64,000 nt of DNA from a bacterium (GTDB lineage Bacteria; UBP14; UBA6098), in the NCBI GenBank assembly GCA_023145965.1, contig JAGLDC010000035.1, forward strand, positions 14,462 through 78,461, read 5' to 3'. Positions within the stretch are counted from its first letter, which is position 1, and each line of letters opens with the position of its first letter. A program made the position numbers and the translations under genes. The notes under the pieces were generated by a model. The model did not search any database and was not told the DNA's origin. It saw only the letters and a program-made list of their open reading frames with translations. Below, piece after piece: positions 49,201-58,622 of the stretch.

Positions 49201-52106
49201 GTATCGTTATGCGCAGCAATTACTTCGTGAAGTGTGCTATCTACCCAAAGCGACATCCCTAGGCCTTCCCAAGTGTGAGAAAGCACGCCGAGACCATAAA
49301 AATATCTCGTGCCATTGACCGATATGTAGATACTCGAACTATCGAGACCAGACAGAGAATCGGCTATCCATGCTGAAATGAATGGGAATTCGTCACCAAT
49401 AACACTACTATCCGGCGGCTCGAATCCCCATGCCACCGGCGAACTGAGATCGACATAGAAAGTGCCGTGCGGGAGCAAGAATGTTGCTATCCCCAAATCG
49501 TCGGAAAGAGAATCCAGGCTCCATTCGATAGTGTCACCATCGGACCAAAGGGGTGATGGTGAATATACAAGTGTCGAATCATCCTCGATATATAAATTAG
49601 TGTGCAAAATCGAATATGTGATACCATCGACCGATAACCTTATCGACATAGTGTCGATCTCGACATCATCATTAACAATAAGCCTTATCTCCTGATCATT
49701 ACAGGATGTCCAAGCATAGTCGAAGGGATCCAACAGACTACTCCACGGCGGATCACAATCTACTACCGAATATTCCCATATCTCTGATGTATCGTAACCG
49801 CAAATATTCTGCGCGATAACCATCCAATGAATATTCTCGCTACAACTTGCAGCAGTATCGAAATAGGTTTCCGAGAGGTCCTCGCCAACGAGATCACCAT
49901 TCATATATACATCGTAGGTAATCGGCTCTTCACCGAGAGCAGGCTCCCAGAGTAAACTCAAATAACCTGGGATCATATCCGTTGTATCATCCGGAGGATA
50001 GGCCAAACTGAAATCAGAAGGCTTTTGAGCTATCAAAATCACAACCGTATCGCTTGCTGAACAACCGACACCATCCACTACATTCAAAACATATGTCGTT
50101 GTCGAATCGGGAGCGGCGTTTGGATTACCCATATAAGGATCATCAAGCCCATCTACTGGTGACCAATTGTAGTAATATAACCCATCACCGCCATCAGCCG
50201 TCGGAAATCCCCCAATCACAACGGTATCTCCATAACACACAGCCTGATCGGGTCCGGCATCTGCCACAAGAATTGGATCGATAGCCACCCGAGCTTCATC
50301 GTATCCGATACAACCCCCCGGCGAAATTACCGCAAGACCGTAAACAGTCATGGATGTGGGCGAAGCCGTTATTTCGCGTGTCGTTTGTCCATCGGGTGAC
50401 CATTGGTATGTATATCCCGGGAAATCCGGAGTAATCGTTGGGGTTAGAGTAACTGACTCTCCATCGCAAATAACCGTATCGCGTATATCCACTATTGGAT
50501 TAGGCTCAACGGTAATAGTAACAAACTGAGAATCTATACAATCGATTCTATCTGTAACGACAAGCCAATACGTCATGGTGCTTTCGGGGCAAGCAATTGG
50601 ATGAGGGTCGGTCGGATCAGAAAGAAAGTCCGCTGGGTGCCAGTTATAATACCAGTTATGGCCGGACACTTCGGTTGTATCTAGAACTGCATGAAGGATT
50701 GTGCAATCGTCTGTACAAAGAAGAGTTTCCTCTGCGTAGACGCCAACTCCGAAGTCCGCTGGCGCGGGAATATCGAAGCAGAAATTCTCTGTTACCGGAC
50801 CACCTCCAGTCCAGGTTACATTTACATCGTAACAAACGCGCGTTCCAACAACTGAAGGGCCTATAGCAATCGACCAATTCGCGAGACTGCTACCTCCGTA
50901 GCCCGCTAGCGTGCCAAGATTTTGAGGATTCGCACCAGATACTATACTAAGCCCCGGCGGTAAGGTAATCGCAACCTGAACATTGCTTGCTGAAGTAGAA
51001 CCTGGATTAGTAATAAGCGCATTAAGGGTAAAAGGATTCGGTAAAACCGTTACACATCCGGCATTGAAAGCTGGCGTGCTCGAAGTTATCGTTAAATCGG
51101 TTCCAGCAGAGATTTCTCCGATACCGTAGTAAGTAACGAATACAGCCGAATCGCCTTCACAAACTGAGCGGGGATACCATTTTACCATAGTTGCAGAATC
51201 CCCAAATGTTGATCCAGTGTCTATAATCCAATCGCCATCTGCCCAACCGTTACCAGCACTCGAACCCCAACTCCCATACCAGAAAACATCAGGCATTTCC
51301 GCTTCGAAACCAATCAAAATACCCAGAGCTGTCAGCGCTCCTGGGGCTGGAGGAAAACCTCCTTCATAAGCTCGCCAAATCGAAGGAATATCCGGTGCGA
51401 AAAATATCTCTGCGATACCTGTGTATCCATAGGCCGTGGAGATATCAGCAGCATCATCAGTGTCGAGCTTTGTATCGTAATAAACGATACAACCCACTTC
51501 ATGACAACTGCCATCGGCTGGTTTCATAACTGTTTTAAATTTTACTTGCTCGTTCTCACCGGGCACCCCCCCTAAGCTAACCGCCGATATTTCTTGCCTA
51601 ATATAAACTCCATGCCAGTTATCCCAAATCGAATAGGCAACGCTACCAGATATATAATTCGAGCTTGTATTCGGCATTGTTGCGGAGGTTTTAGCACTGT
51701 AACCATCGACATAATACATTATCCATTCTGTTCCGGGTGAATCAGGGAAAGAGAAGGTGAGTTTCTGGTAACTTCCTACACCAGCGGGATCGCCGCCCTC
51801 ATCGAACTCACCACTGGTCTCATCAACATCGGCACGCACATAACCATTAGCAGGACGCCAGTCCATAGGAGACGATGGGCGTTCCACTCTAGGACTTCTA
51901 TCCATGGAGGTTACCTCGGCAAATTCAAGCTTCCAATCTAAGTATGCCTCAGGGTCGGCATCGACATTTGGCATCAGAGAAAGAAGCGAATCGAGTGTAA
52001 TTCGCGCGGGATTATCGAGATCCGCAAAATCCGATTGTATCATCATTTCTGCAGCCATTGCCGCACAAATAAAGAATATTAAATAAAATATTATTAAAGC
52101 TTTCAT
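46233..52106 (-). CDS. 1957-aa secreted repeat protein with T9SS type B (gliding-motility/CHU_C-like) C-terminal domain
   Basis: Signal peptide, ADAGPD/PKD-like units, five tandem ~220-230-aa repeats, C-terminal PNPITPNGDGIND..IFNKR..GLYLY. Confidence 0.85.
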   Translation of the reverse strand: MKALIIFYLIFFICAAMAAEMMIQSDFADLDNPARITLDSLLSLMPNVDADPEAYLDWKLEFAEVTSMDRSPRVERPSSPMDWRPANGYVRADVDETSGEFDEGGDPAGVGSYQKLTFSFPDSPGTEWIMYYVDGYSAKTSATMPNTSSNYISGSVAYSIWDNWHGVYIRQEISAVSLGGVPGENEQVKFKTVMKPADGSCHEVGCIVYYDTKLDTDDAADISTAYGYTGIAEIFFAPDIPSIWRAYEGGFPPAPGALTALGILIGFEAEMPDVFWYGSWGSSAGNGWADGDWIIDTGSTFGDSATMVKWYPRSVCEGDSAVFVTYYGIGEISAGTDLTITSSTPAFNAGCVTVLPNPFTLNALITNPGSTSASNVQVAITLPPGLSIVSGANPQNLGTLAGYGGSSLANWSIAIGPSVVGTRVCYDVNVTWTGGGPVTENFCFDIPAPADFGVGVYAEETLLCTDDCTILHAVLDTTEVSGHNWYYNWHPADFLSDPTDPHPIACPESTMTYWLVVTDRIDCIDSQFVTITVEPNPIVDIRDTVICDGESVTLTPTITPDFPGYTYQWSPDGQTTREITASPTSMTVYGLAVISPGGCIGYDEARVAIDPILVADAGPDQAVCYGDTVVIGGFPTADGGDGLYYYNWSPVDGLDDPYMGNPNAAPDSTTTYVLNVVDGVGCSASDTVVILIAQKPSDFSLAYPPDDTTDMIPGYLSLLWEPALGEEPITYDVYMNGDLVGEDLSETYFDTAASCSENIHWMVIAQNICGYDTSEIWEYSVVDCDPPWSSLLDPFDYAWTSCNDQEIRLIVNDDVEIDTMSIRLSVDGITYSILHTNLYIEDDSTLVYSPSPLWSDGDTIEWSLDSLSDDLGIATFLLPHGTFYVDLSSPVAWGFEPPDSSVIGDEFPFISAWIADSLSGLDSSSIYISVNGTRYFYGLGVLSHTWEGLGMSLWVDSTLHEVIAAHNDTLNICVGGFDSPDYCEPNTLEVCWTVFVDLEGPEADDGIDPVSEVPIDGLISACDDQGICIPLIDPPISHGVEESTIVLRVNGVDYGTDSPELSYSTDLLCFSPGVLWADGAPISVELVSAEDGVGNPLATTGLSWIYSIDLLPPLLSMASPVGATGTLVPTISWRLADIGAGIDYDSAFFAIDYFPSAGTTWYDISHSVFIHTGGGNYQVDVSAIPFTIVGGDTVRVCVHSEDTPDLCPPNVLDTCWLFWVPTGGPIGTVIEPLPSTYSACDPQEISLTISDINGVIETSILFSVNGTRYGIPASPELSYSSDTLTFFSPMGFFTDGEVVVCSLLYAEDIYANPNEDTLVWSFILDYSPPIIGAISPSPGSVISEICPNVTFDLADIGSGLDELSIDVTIEGTEHLGVSDGRVTWIGGNISFDLCDVISVTGGDLIDICVIANDSPDYCGPNTLDSCWSFSIESGGPVGSIIHPTDGVITSCDPQEIVVSIEDSNGVDDSTVVFSVNGVRYGIGELEIDWDEPTLTFDGGAGFFAHGSTVVCSLLSASDILGNELEAPLGWIFTVDYEPPELVSVTPISAVPVDDRSPIVRVVLDDLPAGIDYDAVSLDVEGYGVIDPTSTGLYWLGDTLAFDPDSLGILWTGGDSIELCLEIADLPDTAAPYCDANDTTYCWMLIISRGGPVGEIIEPGDGTVSACSLQQIIITLDDSNGIDEATIGLEVDGVLYTTSSTELDWSFPVLTWTPPSVWADGLVNVRLITADDMLGNPLTDAPIEWNYYMDLTPPTFANNFPLQTDLIRNVQTQAWIDVADNIAGVDPNELRMDIYRSTYDLSSPALTYSSGRLTFDPSIAGIEFVTGDTVMITVYAQDTPDYCSPNANQFTWWFLMEPKISCNNYPNPITPNGDGINDVAVFDYPEMYSGSAELLIFNKRNILVYQATIGPVIDLGDVANRVWNCREGGGQIAKEGLYLYLIQKSGETVCNGTLTIGR

Positions 52107-52278
52107 AAAAAATACTCCTGATCATTAATATACTATTCAATCAAATATATTTATTACATTCGCTAAATCAACAATTCTAATTCTCGGGAAAAAATCGATT
52201 GCTGTTAAATTTAACTTACCTAATGTTTTAGACTCCATTTTTTCTTTTTTATTAATATGCTCATCAATTTTTCCATGC

Positions 52279-52376
52279 CGCTGTCACGATTTTTGCTATT
52301 CAAATCACTTTGTTTTATAAGCCACATTTTCTTATGCAAAAATCTCCACCAAGCCACCCCCTCGCTCGCGCCAGCG
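52279..52376. repeat. Dispersed intergenic repeat, copy 1
   Basis: Shares 22 identical nt (CGCTGTCACGATTTTTGCTATT) and further collinear blocks with 62375-62514. Confidence 0.8.
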
Positions 52377-52514
52377 GCTCTATTTTTTTAGTGGGGAAAT
52401 ATAGACTTTGGTTTTTTAATTTACACCGAGAGCGAATAGTATTTAATTCCCGAACAATGACAACCACGATAGATGTTGCAAAGACATTCCTTTTGGATTA
52501 ACTTATAGCGATTT

Positions 52515-53672
52515 ATGAGGATTTGGACTTTGACATATTCGGTTTTGGTTGTTGCGCTATTGACATTATCATGCGCCGCGAGGTTCTCCATTCCAAGGGA
52601 ATTGCCTTCTGAGGAAAATCAATGGAGAGCGGTTCGTGGTGATAATTCAGGTTGGGCTTATGCTGGTGAGGGCACCGGCAAAGCGGCTATCCTTTGGCGG
52701 GTTAAAACCAAGATACCAATTATTTCGGCTCCGGTAGCTGGAGATGGCGCCATATTTGTGCCCTCGCCAAACCGGAGAGTATTGGTTTATGGTGCTGAAA
52801 CAGGCAAACGTATCGGACGCCTTTGGGTTGATGCTATGCCCGACAATGGTCTCGCGCTGGGAGGGGGACTTTTAGCTATTGCCGGTCGTGGTGAGTTTAA
52901 TCGCATTAGGGTATATGATTACCATGAAGGCACATTTCTCTGGGACAGGGATTCCGAACGCTCTTTCGCCGCGCCTATTCTTGTTGACAGCATCCTATAT
53001 TTCGCTATATCTACCGGTGCGATATTCTCTCTCGATGCTCGCACTGGAGAGAAGAATTGGCGCTATAAGATAGACGGGGCAGTTATCGACCATGAGCCAG
53101 CTTTCCGAGACAGCCTACTTTTCCTTGTGGACTCAAACAAGCGACTCTTAGCTCTCTCCGCTGATTCGGGCACAGTTCGTTGGTCGCTCGATTTACCATC
53201 CCCACCCTCTGGACAAGCTGTAGTCATCCCAGACCATGTTATTGTTTCAACAATGTCCGGCAAAATTCTTGCGGTTTTACTCGATGGTTCGGTGCGTGTT
53301 TCCATCGATGCTCCCGGCGAGCTTGGTTCCCCTGTTGCTTGTTCGGGTCCGACAATATATGGTGTAACCAAAAAAGGAATTGTTTTCGCTGGAGACCTTG
53401 GTCATGGAGGCATTCTATGGCAAACAAACCTCAGCGCACCAGTTATTGCGCCACCCGTCATTTGGGGTAAACAAATTGTTATCGTTACAGCCGAGGGCAA
53501 AATTTATCTGCTCTATTTTTCCGACGGTGCGATCGAACATACAATTGATCTTGAAGAGCCTGTTACAGCCCCACCGATTATCTATAATTCCAATTTATAT
53601 ATTGCAACAGAAACCGGCGAACTTATAGCCATTACTAGAAATATACAATCTTTGGAGCACAACAATGAATGA
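52515..53672 (+). CDS. PQQ-like beta-propeller lipoprotein (BamB-like)
   Basis: Lipobox TLSC and repeated LDARTGEKNW / ADSGTVRW Trp-docking motifs. Confidence 0.8.
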   Translation: MRIWTLTYSVLVVALLTLSCAARFSIPRELPSEENQWRAVRGDNSGWAYAGEGTGKAAILWRVKTKIPIISAPVAGDGAIFVPSPNRRVLVYGAETGKRIGRLWVDAMPDNGLALGGGLLAIAGRGEFNRIRVYDYHEGTFLWDRDSERSFAAPILVDSILYFAISTGAIFSLDARTGEKNWRYKIDGAVIDHEPAFRDSLLFLVDSNKRLLALSADSGTVRWSLDLPSPPSGQAVVIPDHVIVSTMSGKILAVLLDGSVRVSIDAPGELGSPVACSGPTIYGVTKKGIVFAGDLGHGGILWQTNLSAPVIAPPVIWGKQIVIVTAEGKIYLLYFSDGAIEHTIDLEEPVTAPPIIYNSNLYIATETGELIAITRNIQSLEHNNE

Positions 53673-55248
53673 AATAGACCCGAGAGACCAAAGACAGATA
53701 AGAATTGCCAAACTTGAAAAACTCCGCGAGACCGGGATAGATCCCTATCCATCGAGGATTGCTGAAGGCCGAGTGACAATCGAATTTGTTCTTCACGAAT
53801 GGGAACAACTAAAGCAAATAACCGACGAATCCGGCCAAGTAATCCGTGCTGGTTCTGTCGTGCATTTAGCTGGAAGGATAACCGCGCTTCGTATCCACGG
53901 TAAATCCATGTTTATCGGTATTGCCGATGGAACGGGCTCGTTTCAGCTATACCTTCGCATGAACACCCTTCTCGAACATAACCCGGAAGATACCGACAAT
54001 TATATACGCGCAAAAGACCTCGATCTTGGGGACTTTATTTCTGCAACGGGTGAGCTATTTACTACAAGAACTGGTGAACCAACCCTCGCGGCCCAAAAAT
54101 GGGAACTCGCGGCTAAGACACTTCTCCAACTCCCTGAAAAATACCATGGTCTCACCGACCCCGACCTTCGTCTTCGACAAAGATATTTGGATCTTCTCTC
54201 GAATCCTGAGGTTAAATATAATTTACAAAAGCGTGCGCTTATTATAAAAACTATCCGCACATATCTCGAGGAAGAAGGCTATATCGAGCTTGAAACTCCT
54301 ACACTGACTTCTCTTTATGGGGGCGCGGCAGCACGCCCATTTACTACTCATCACAACGCTCTCGATATCGACCTTTACCTTCGGATAGCCACAGAGCTTT
54401 ACCTAAAACGACTTATCGTGGGTGGCTTCGAGCGGATTTTTGAGATGGGTAAGGTTTTTCGCAACGAAGGAATAGATCGTAATCACAACCCGGAGTTCAC
54501 ACTTCTGGAGCTCTATGAGGCCTTCGCCGATTATAACCGCATGATGCAAATCGCCGAAGGACTCGTGGTAGCATCTGCTGTTGAAGTAGCCAAGTTTGGC
54601 GAGAAAAATAAAGAAAATTACATAAGAACTCTCGCCGATGGAACCGTCGTTATCGAGAGGGAGAACGCAATAATCACCTTCAATCGTCCATTCGAGCGCA
54701 TCAGCTTTGTGGATTCGATTATCGAGCTTACCAGCATTGATGTCCTTAACGCGGAAAAAACTGAACTAATTGAATTTTTCAAATCTCATGATATAGATTT
54801 CGATCCTAAGACTCCATTTTGGCCTTTGGTTGACAAGCTTTTTTCGGAAACTGTCGAGCCAAAGCTTATAAAACCTACTTTCGTCCTCGACTATCCCGTA
54901 GGCCTTTCGCCTCTGGCCAAACGCAAGGCCGATGCGCCAGAACTTACTGAACGCTTCGAACTTTTCATTGGCGGAGTAGAGATTGCCAATGCATTCAGCG
55001 AGCTTAACGATCCCCTCGACCAACGCGGGCGTATGGAAGCACAGCTTCTTCAGCGTGCCGAGGGCGATGAAGAAGCACCAAACCAAATCGACGAGGATTT
55101 CCTCACAGCCCTCGAACATGGAATGCCACCGACAGGTGGCATGGGTATCGGTATTGGAAGGCTTGTTACCTTACTCTCTGGTGCTCATAGTCTCAAAGAA
55201 GTTATACCATTTCCACTTCTCAAGCCAAAATCGATTGAACACGCGTGA
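53665..55248 (+). CDS. lysS: Lysine--tRNA ligase, class II
   Basis: RQRYLDL, GGAAARPF, LYLRIATELYLKRL, FRNEGID..HNPEF, HGMPPTGGMGIG. Confidence 0.97.
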   Translation: MNEIDPRDQRQIRIAKLEKLRETGIDPYPSRIAEGRVTIEFVLHEWEQLKQITDESGQVIRAGSVVHLAGRITALRIHGKSMFIGIADGTGSFQLYLRMNTLLEHNPEDTDNYIRAKDLDLGDFISATGELFTTRTGEPTLAAQKWELAAKTLLQLPEKYHGLTDPDLRLRQRYLDLLSNPEVKYNLQKRALIIKTIRTYLEEEGYIELETPTLTSLYGGAAARPFTTHHNALDIDLYLRIATELYLKRLIVGGFERIFEMGKVFRNEGIDRNHNPEFTLLELYEAFADYNRMMQIAEGLVVASAVEVAKFGEKNKENYIRTLADGTVVIERENAIITFNRPFERISFVDSIIELTSIDVLNAEKTELIEFFKSHDIDFDPKTPFWPLVDKLFSETVEPKLIKPTFVLDYPVGLSPLAKRKADAPELTERFELFIGGVEIANAFSELNDPLDQRGRMEAQLLQRAEGDEEAPNQIDEDFLTALEHGMPPTGGMGIGIGRLVTLLSGAHSLKEVIPFPLLKPKSIEHA

Positions 55249-56471
55249 AGGTGCAGCTTTACATAGCGCTTAAGTTTTTGAGAGCACGTCACAGAAACCG
55301 CTTTGTCTCTCTGGTGGCAGTATTTGCCATAATCGGTATAGCCATTGGAGTTTCCGCCCTTATCGTTAGCCTATCCGTGATGAACGGTTTTGAAGGAGAG
55401 GTTCGAAGTCGAATCATTGGAACAGTATCTCATGTTAATGTATATTCCCTTCGAGCGGAGAGTATCGGTGACTGGGAACCTCTTCTCGAAACTCTTTCCC
55501 AAAGAGAAGATGTCGTTGCTGCTGCACCATTCGTTTATGGGAAAGTCCCCATTGCAAACGATGGTCTCTTCGACGGTATAATGCTTCGGGGGATTATACC
55601 CTCGCGCGAGGTATTTATAGGCAATCCCGAGAGCACCCTAGTCGATGGCGACTGGCTCCCCGAAATACCAGACTCTAACATCCCGCCAATAGCCTTAGGA
55701 TTATATCTTGCCCAAAACCTTTCCGCTAAACCCGGAGATACTGTCGTGATCTATGGTCTCGATGGTGCACGCGGAACACGCATCACCCCTAAGCTACACC
55801 GTTTTATCGTATGCGGCATCTTTGAAACAGGTATGTTCGACTTCGATGCCGCCCTCGGTTATATTAATCTTGAATCCGCACAGAGGATTTTCGATTTGGG
55901 TGAATCAGTTACCGGGATTGAACTTCGCATAAAGAATTTCTATGAAGCCGATAAAATCGCCTCCCATATTGAAGACGATCTCGCTTTCCCTTACTATGCT
56001 ATGTCCTGGGCCGAGATGAACAAGAACCTTTTCTCGTGGATGACTCTCGAAAAGTGGGGGCTTTTCTTGCTTTTGAGTCTTATAATCGCAGTTGCAGCAT
56101 TCAACATCGCCAGCACCTTGATTATGGTAGTTATGGAGAAAACTACCCAAATCGGCATACTGCGAGCTATGGGCGCAACATCGAAACTTATAGGTAAGGT
56201 TTTCTTCATTCAAGGCCTCATGCTTGGAGTTATAGGCACTTTCATCGGCGCTGTTATCGGCGTGGTTTTAGCATTTATTCAAAACCGCTGGGAAATTATC
56301 TCTCTCCCGGCAGATATATATTCAATTTCATCTCTACCGGTCAATATGCATCTCCTAGATGTCACTATTATCTGCATAATTTCTGTTTTGATAACCCTTC
56401 TCTCGAGTATCTACCCCGCGCTCAGAGCTGCAAAGTCCAACCCAATAGAGGCTATCCGTATGAACACCTAA
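55245..56471 (+). CDS. Lipoprotein-releasing ABC permease LolC/E family
   Basis: SVMNGF, VAAFNIASTLIMVVMEK..IGILRAMGA, YPALRAAK. Confidence 0.92.
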   Translation: MKVQLYIALKFLRARHRNRFVSLVAVFAIIGIAIGVSALIVSLSVMNGFEGEVRSRIIGTVSHVNVYSLRAESIGDWEPLLETLSQREDVVAAAPFVYGKVPIANDGLFDGIMLRGIIPSREVFIGNPESTLVDGDWLPEIPDSNIPPIALGLYLAQNLSAKPGDTVVIYGLDGARGTRITPKLHRFIVCGIFETGMFDFDAALGYINLESAQRIFDLGESVTGIELRIKNFYEADKIASHIEDDLAFPYYAMSWAEMNKNLFSWMTLEKWGLFLLLSLIIAVAAFNIASTLIMVVMEKTTQIGILRAMGATSKLIGKVFFIQGLMLGVIGTFIGAVIGVVLAFIQNRWEIISLPADIYSISSLPVNMHLLDVTIICIISVLITLLSSIYPALRAAKSNPIEAIRMNT

Positions 56472-56494
56472 CAATATCCAATAAAGGGGGATTT

Positions 56495-58462
56495 ATGTTT
56501 ATCATTGTGGTGGTTTTGAGTTTATCTCTTTCTACTTTTGCTCTCGATACGCTATGGACTCCTATCGATATTCCAACACGAACCGGCGATTCACTTGCCG
56601 CAGATATCTACACCCTAGACTCGACCGCCGCAAAGCCGGTTATCCTAATTCAAACGCCATATAATAAGGCCGATTATAGATTCGCTTCATTTATGCTCGA
56701 CACCTCGGACACCAGCGGATTCTGGGATATTCAGCACTACAATTTTGTAATCCTGGATTGGCGAGGTTTTTACGCCTCGACTTCTGCGGGAAGCACCGGC
56801 TATGATCGCGGCCTCGACGGCTACGATGCGGTCGAGTGGATAGCCTCGCAAAGCTGGTGCAACGGCAAAATCGGCACCTACGGCGGTTCGGCACTCGGCG
56901 ATATTCAGTTCAAAACCGCGCACCACCAACCTTCGAATCTCCTTTGCGCCGCCCCATGGATAAAGACCTATAAAACCCGCTATACGAATTACTATTATGG
57001 CGGTGTTTACAAGAAAGAATATGTGGAAGCGCTTGATTTTCTGGGCTTTATAGCGACCAGTGTTATTCTTTCGCGACCCTTATATTCTTTTGTCTGGCAG
57101 TATATCGAAAATAATTCCGACTATCCCGAGGATTTCAAAGTGCCGATGCTCATGCTTAGCGGATGGTTCGATCATTATCCCGCAGATATTATCGAGGATT
57201 TTCACGAAATACGTTCGCGAAGCGATATTTCTGTGAGGGATAAACACAAGCTAATCATGGGGCCATGGACGCACAGCGGAGTCGGGCAGTCGATGCAGGG
57301 AGAACTTGAATATCCCGCAGCGGCTGATTTCGAGAAACCAATAACAAAAAAATTCTTCGATCACTACCTTCGCGGCGCGGATAATGATTATGAATCCGAA
57401 CCGGTAGGGCAATATTTTTTGATGGGCAGCAACATATGGATAGAAACGGATAATTGGTATTCGCTTATCGACGATACCGATACGCTTTACATTCATCAAG
57501 ACGGCCATCTATTTCCATTGGTTGCACCGATATGGGGCACACCTCCGGATTCGTTCGTTTACGATCCGCGTGATCCCTCACCAGCTTATGGGTTCAACAG
57601 ATTCAATCCAGCGGAACCGGGGCTTATATCCGGTCCGCGCGATATGCGCGATTCTGTGGAAAACCGGGATGACAATCTAATCTACTCGACCGATATACTA
57701 ACCGAACCTTTGACTATTATCGGAAGGATCAAAGCGAAATTATTCGTCGAGTCGAATTGCCTCGATACGGATTTCGCGATCCGCATCTCAGATGTCTATC
57801 CAGACGGACGCTCGATGATTTTAACTCAAGGCATTCTTAGAGGCCGTCTTCGCGATACGCTTGGAGTCGAACACCTTATGGTTCTCGATAGCATTTATGA
57901 AATCGATATTGAAACCGAGGTTATTGCGCAGACTTTTCTTCCGGGACACAAGCTTCGTTTAGTAATTACATCGTCAATATATCCTCATTTTCATGCGAAT
58001 ATCAACGATGGCGGTTCTATGTATGATGAAGGCGACACAACTGTTGCAACGAATTTCATTCATCATAACGAGGCACTGCCCTCCGCGCTGATCTTGCCAT
58101 TGAGTAGCGAGCTTCGCATTTCAGAGCGTTCAATAGCAACTAAACCGAACGATTTCTCCCTCCGTGCCTACCCGAATCCGTTCAATTCGGCGGTGCGGAT
58201 AAGCCTCGACTTCGGAAGCAAATCGGCGAAGGCGTTGAGCACGTCGCCCCCCAGCGCGTGCCGGGTCGAGATTTACGATATAAACGGACGGCGCGTCGCG
58301 GAAATTTCTGTTAACGGGAGCGAATCGGCGAAGGCGTTGAGCACGAACGCCTCCGGCGCGTGCCGGTGGCAACCCGACGCCGCAATCGGCTCTGGGGTCT
58401 ATTTCGTGAGAGCGCATTTTAATGATGCGACTGCATCACGCAGAATCTTGTATATAAGATAA
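56495..58462 (+). CDS. Secreted CocE/NonD family hydrolase with T9SS type A-like CTD
   Basis: QTPY, DGYDAVEW, GGSALG, GWFD, GPWTH, YDPRDP. CTD AYPNPFNS..SGVYFVR. Confidence 0.9.
   Translation: MFIIVVVLSLSLSTFALDTLWTPIDIPTRTGDSLAADIYTLDSTAAKPVILIQTPYNKADYRFASFMLDTSDTSGFWDIQHYNFVILDWRGFYASTSAGSTGYDRGLDGYDAVEWIASQSWCNGKIGTYGGSALGDIQFKTAHHQPSNLLCAAPWIKTYKTRYTNYYYGGVYKKEYVEALDFLGFIATSVILSRPLYSFVWQYIENNSDYPEDFKVPMLMLSGWFDHYPADIIEDFHEIRSRSDISVRDKHKLIMGPWTHSGVGQSMQGELEYPAAADFEKPITKKFFDHYLRGADNDYESEPVGQYFLMGSNIWIETDNWYSLIDDTDTLYIHQDGHLFPLVAPIWGTPPDSFVYDPRDPSPAYGFNRFNPAEPGLISGPRDMRDSVENRDDNLIYSTDILTEPLTIIGRIKAKLFVESNCLDTDFAIRISDVYPDGRSMILTQGILRGRLRDTLGVEHLMVLDSIYEIDIETEVIAQTFLPGHKLRLVITSSIYPHFHANINDGGSMYDEGDTTVATNFIHHNEALPSALILPLSSELRISERSIATKPNDFSLRAYPNPFNSAVRISLDFGSKSAKALSTSPPSACRVEIYDINGRRVAEISVNGSESAKALSTNASGACRWQPDAAIGSGVYFVRAHFNDATASRRILYIR
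58214..58366 (+). repeat. Two in-frame 51-nt repeats inside the CTD (58214-58264, 58316-58366)
   Basis: 43 of 51 nt identical. Encode GSKSAKALSTSPPSACR and GSESAKALSTNASGACR. Confidence 0.9.
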
Positions 58463-58622
58463 TATCAGGAGAGTCCGGCAGTGCGTCACCAGTGTAATTA
58501 GAGGATTATTAACAGATAACCACCCTTCTCCTCACTTACAATTAAATTCCGTTGCAATAATTGCCTGAATCCTTTATTGTATAATTAGAGATTAAAATAA
58601 AAAACCTGTTAGGAGAATTCGA

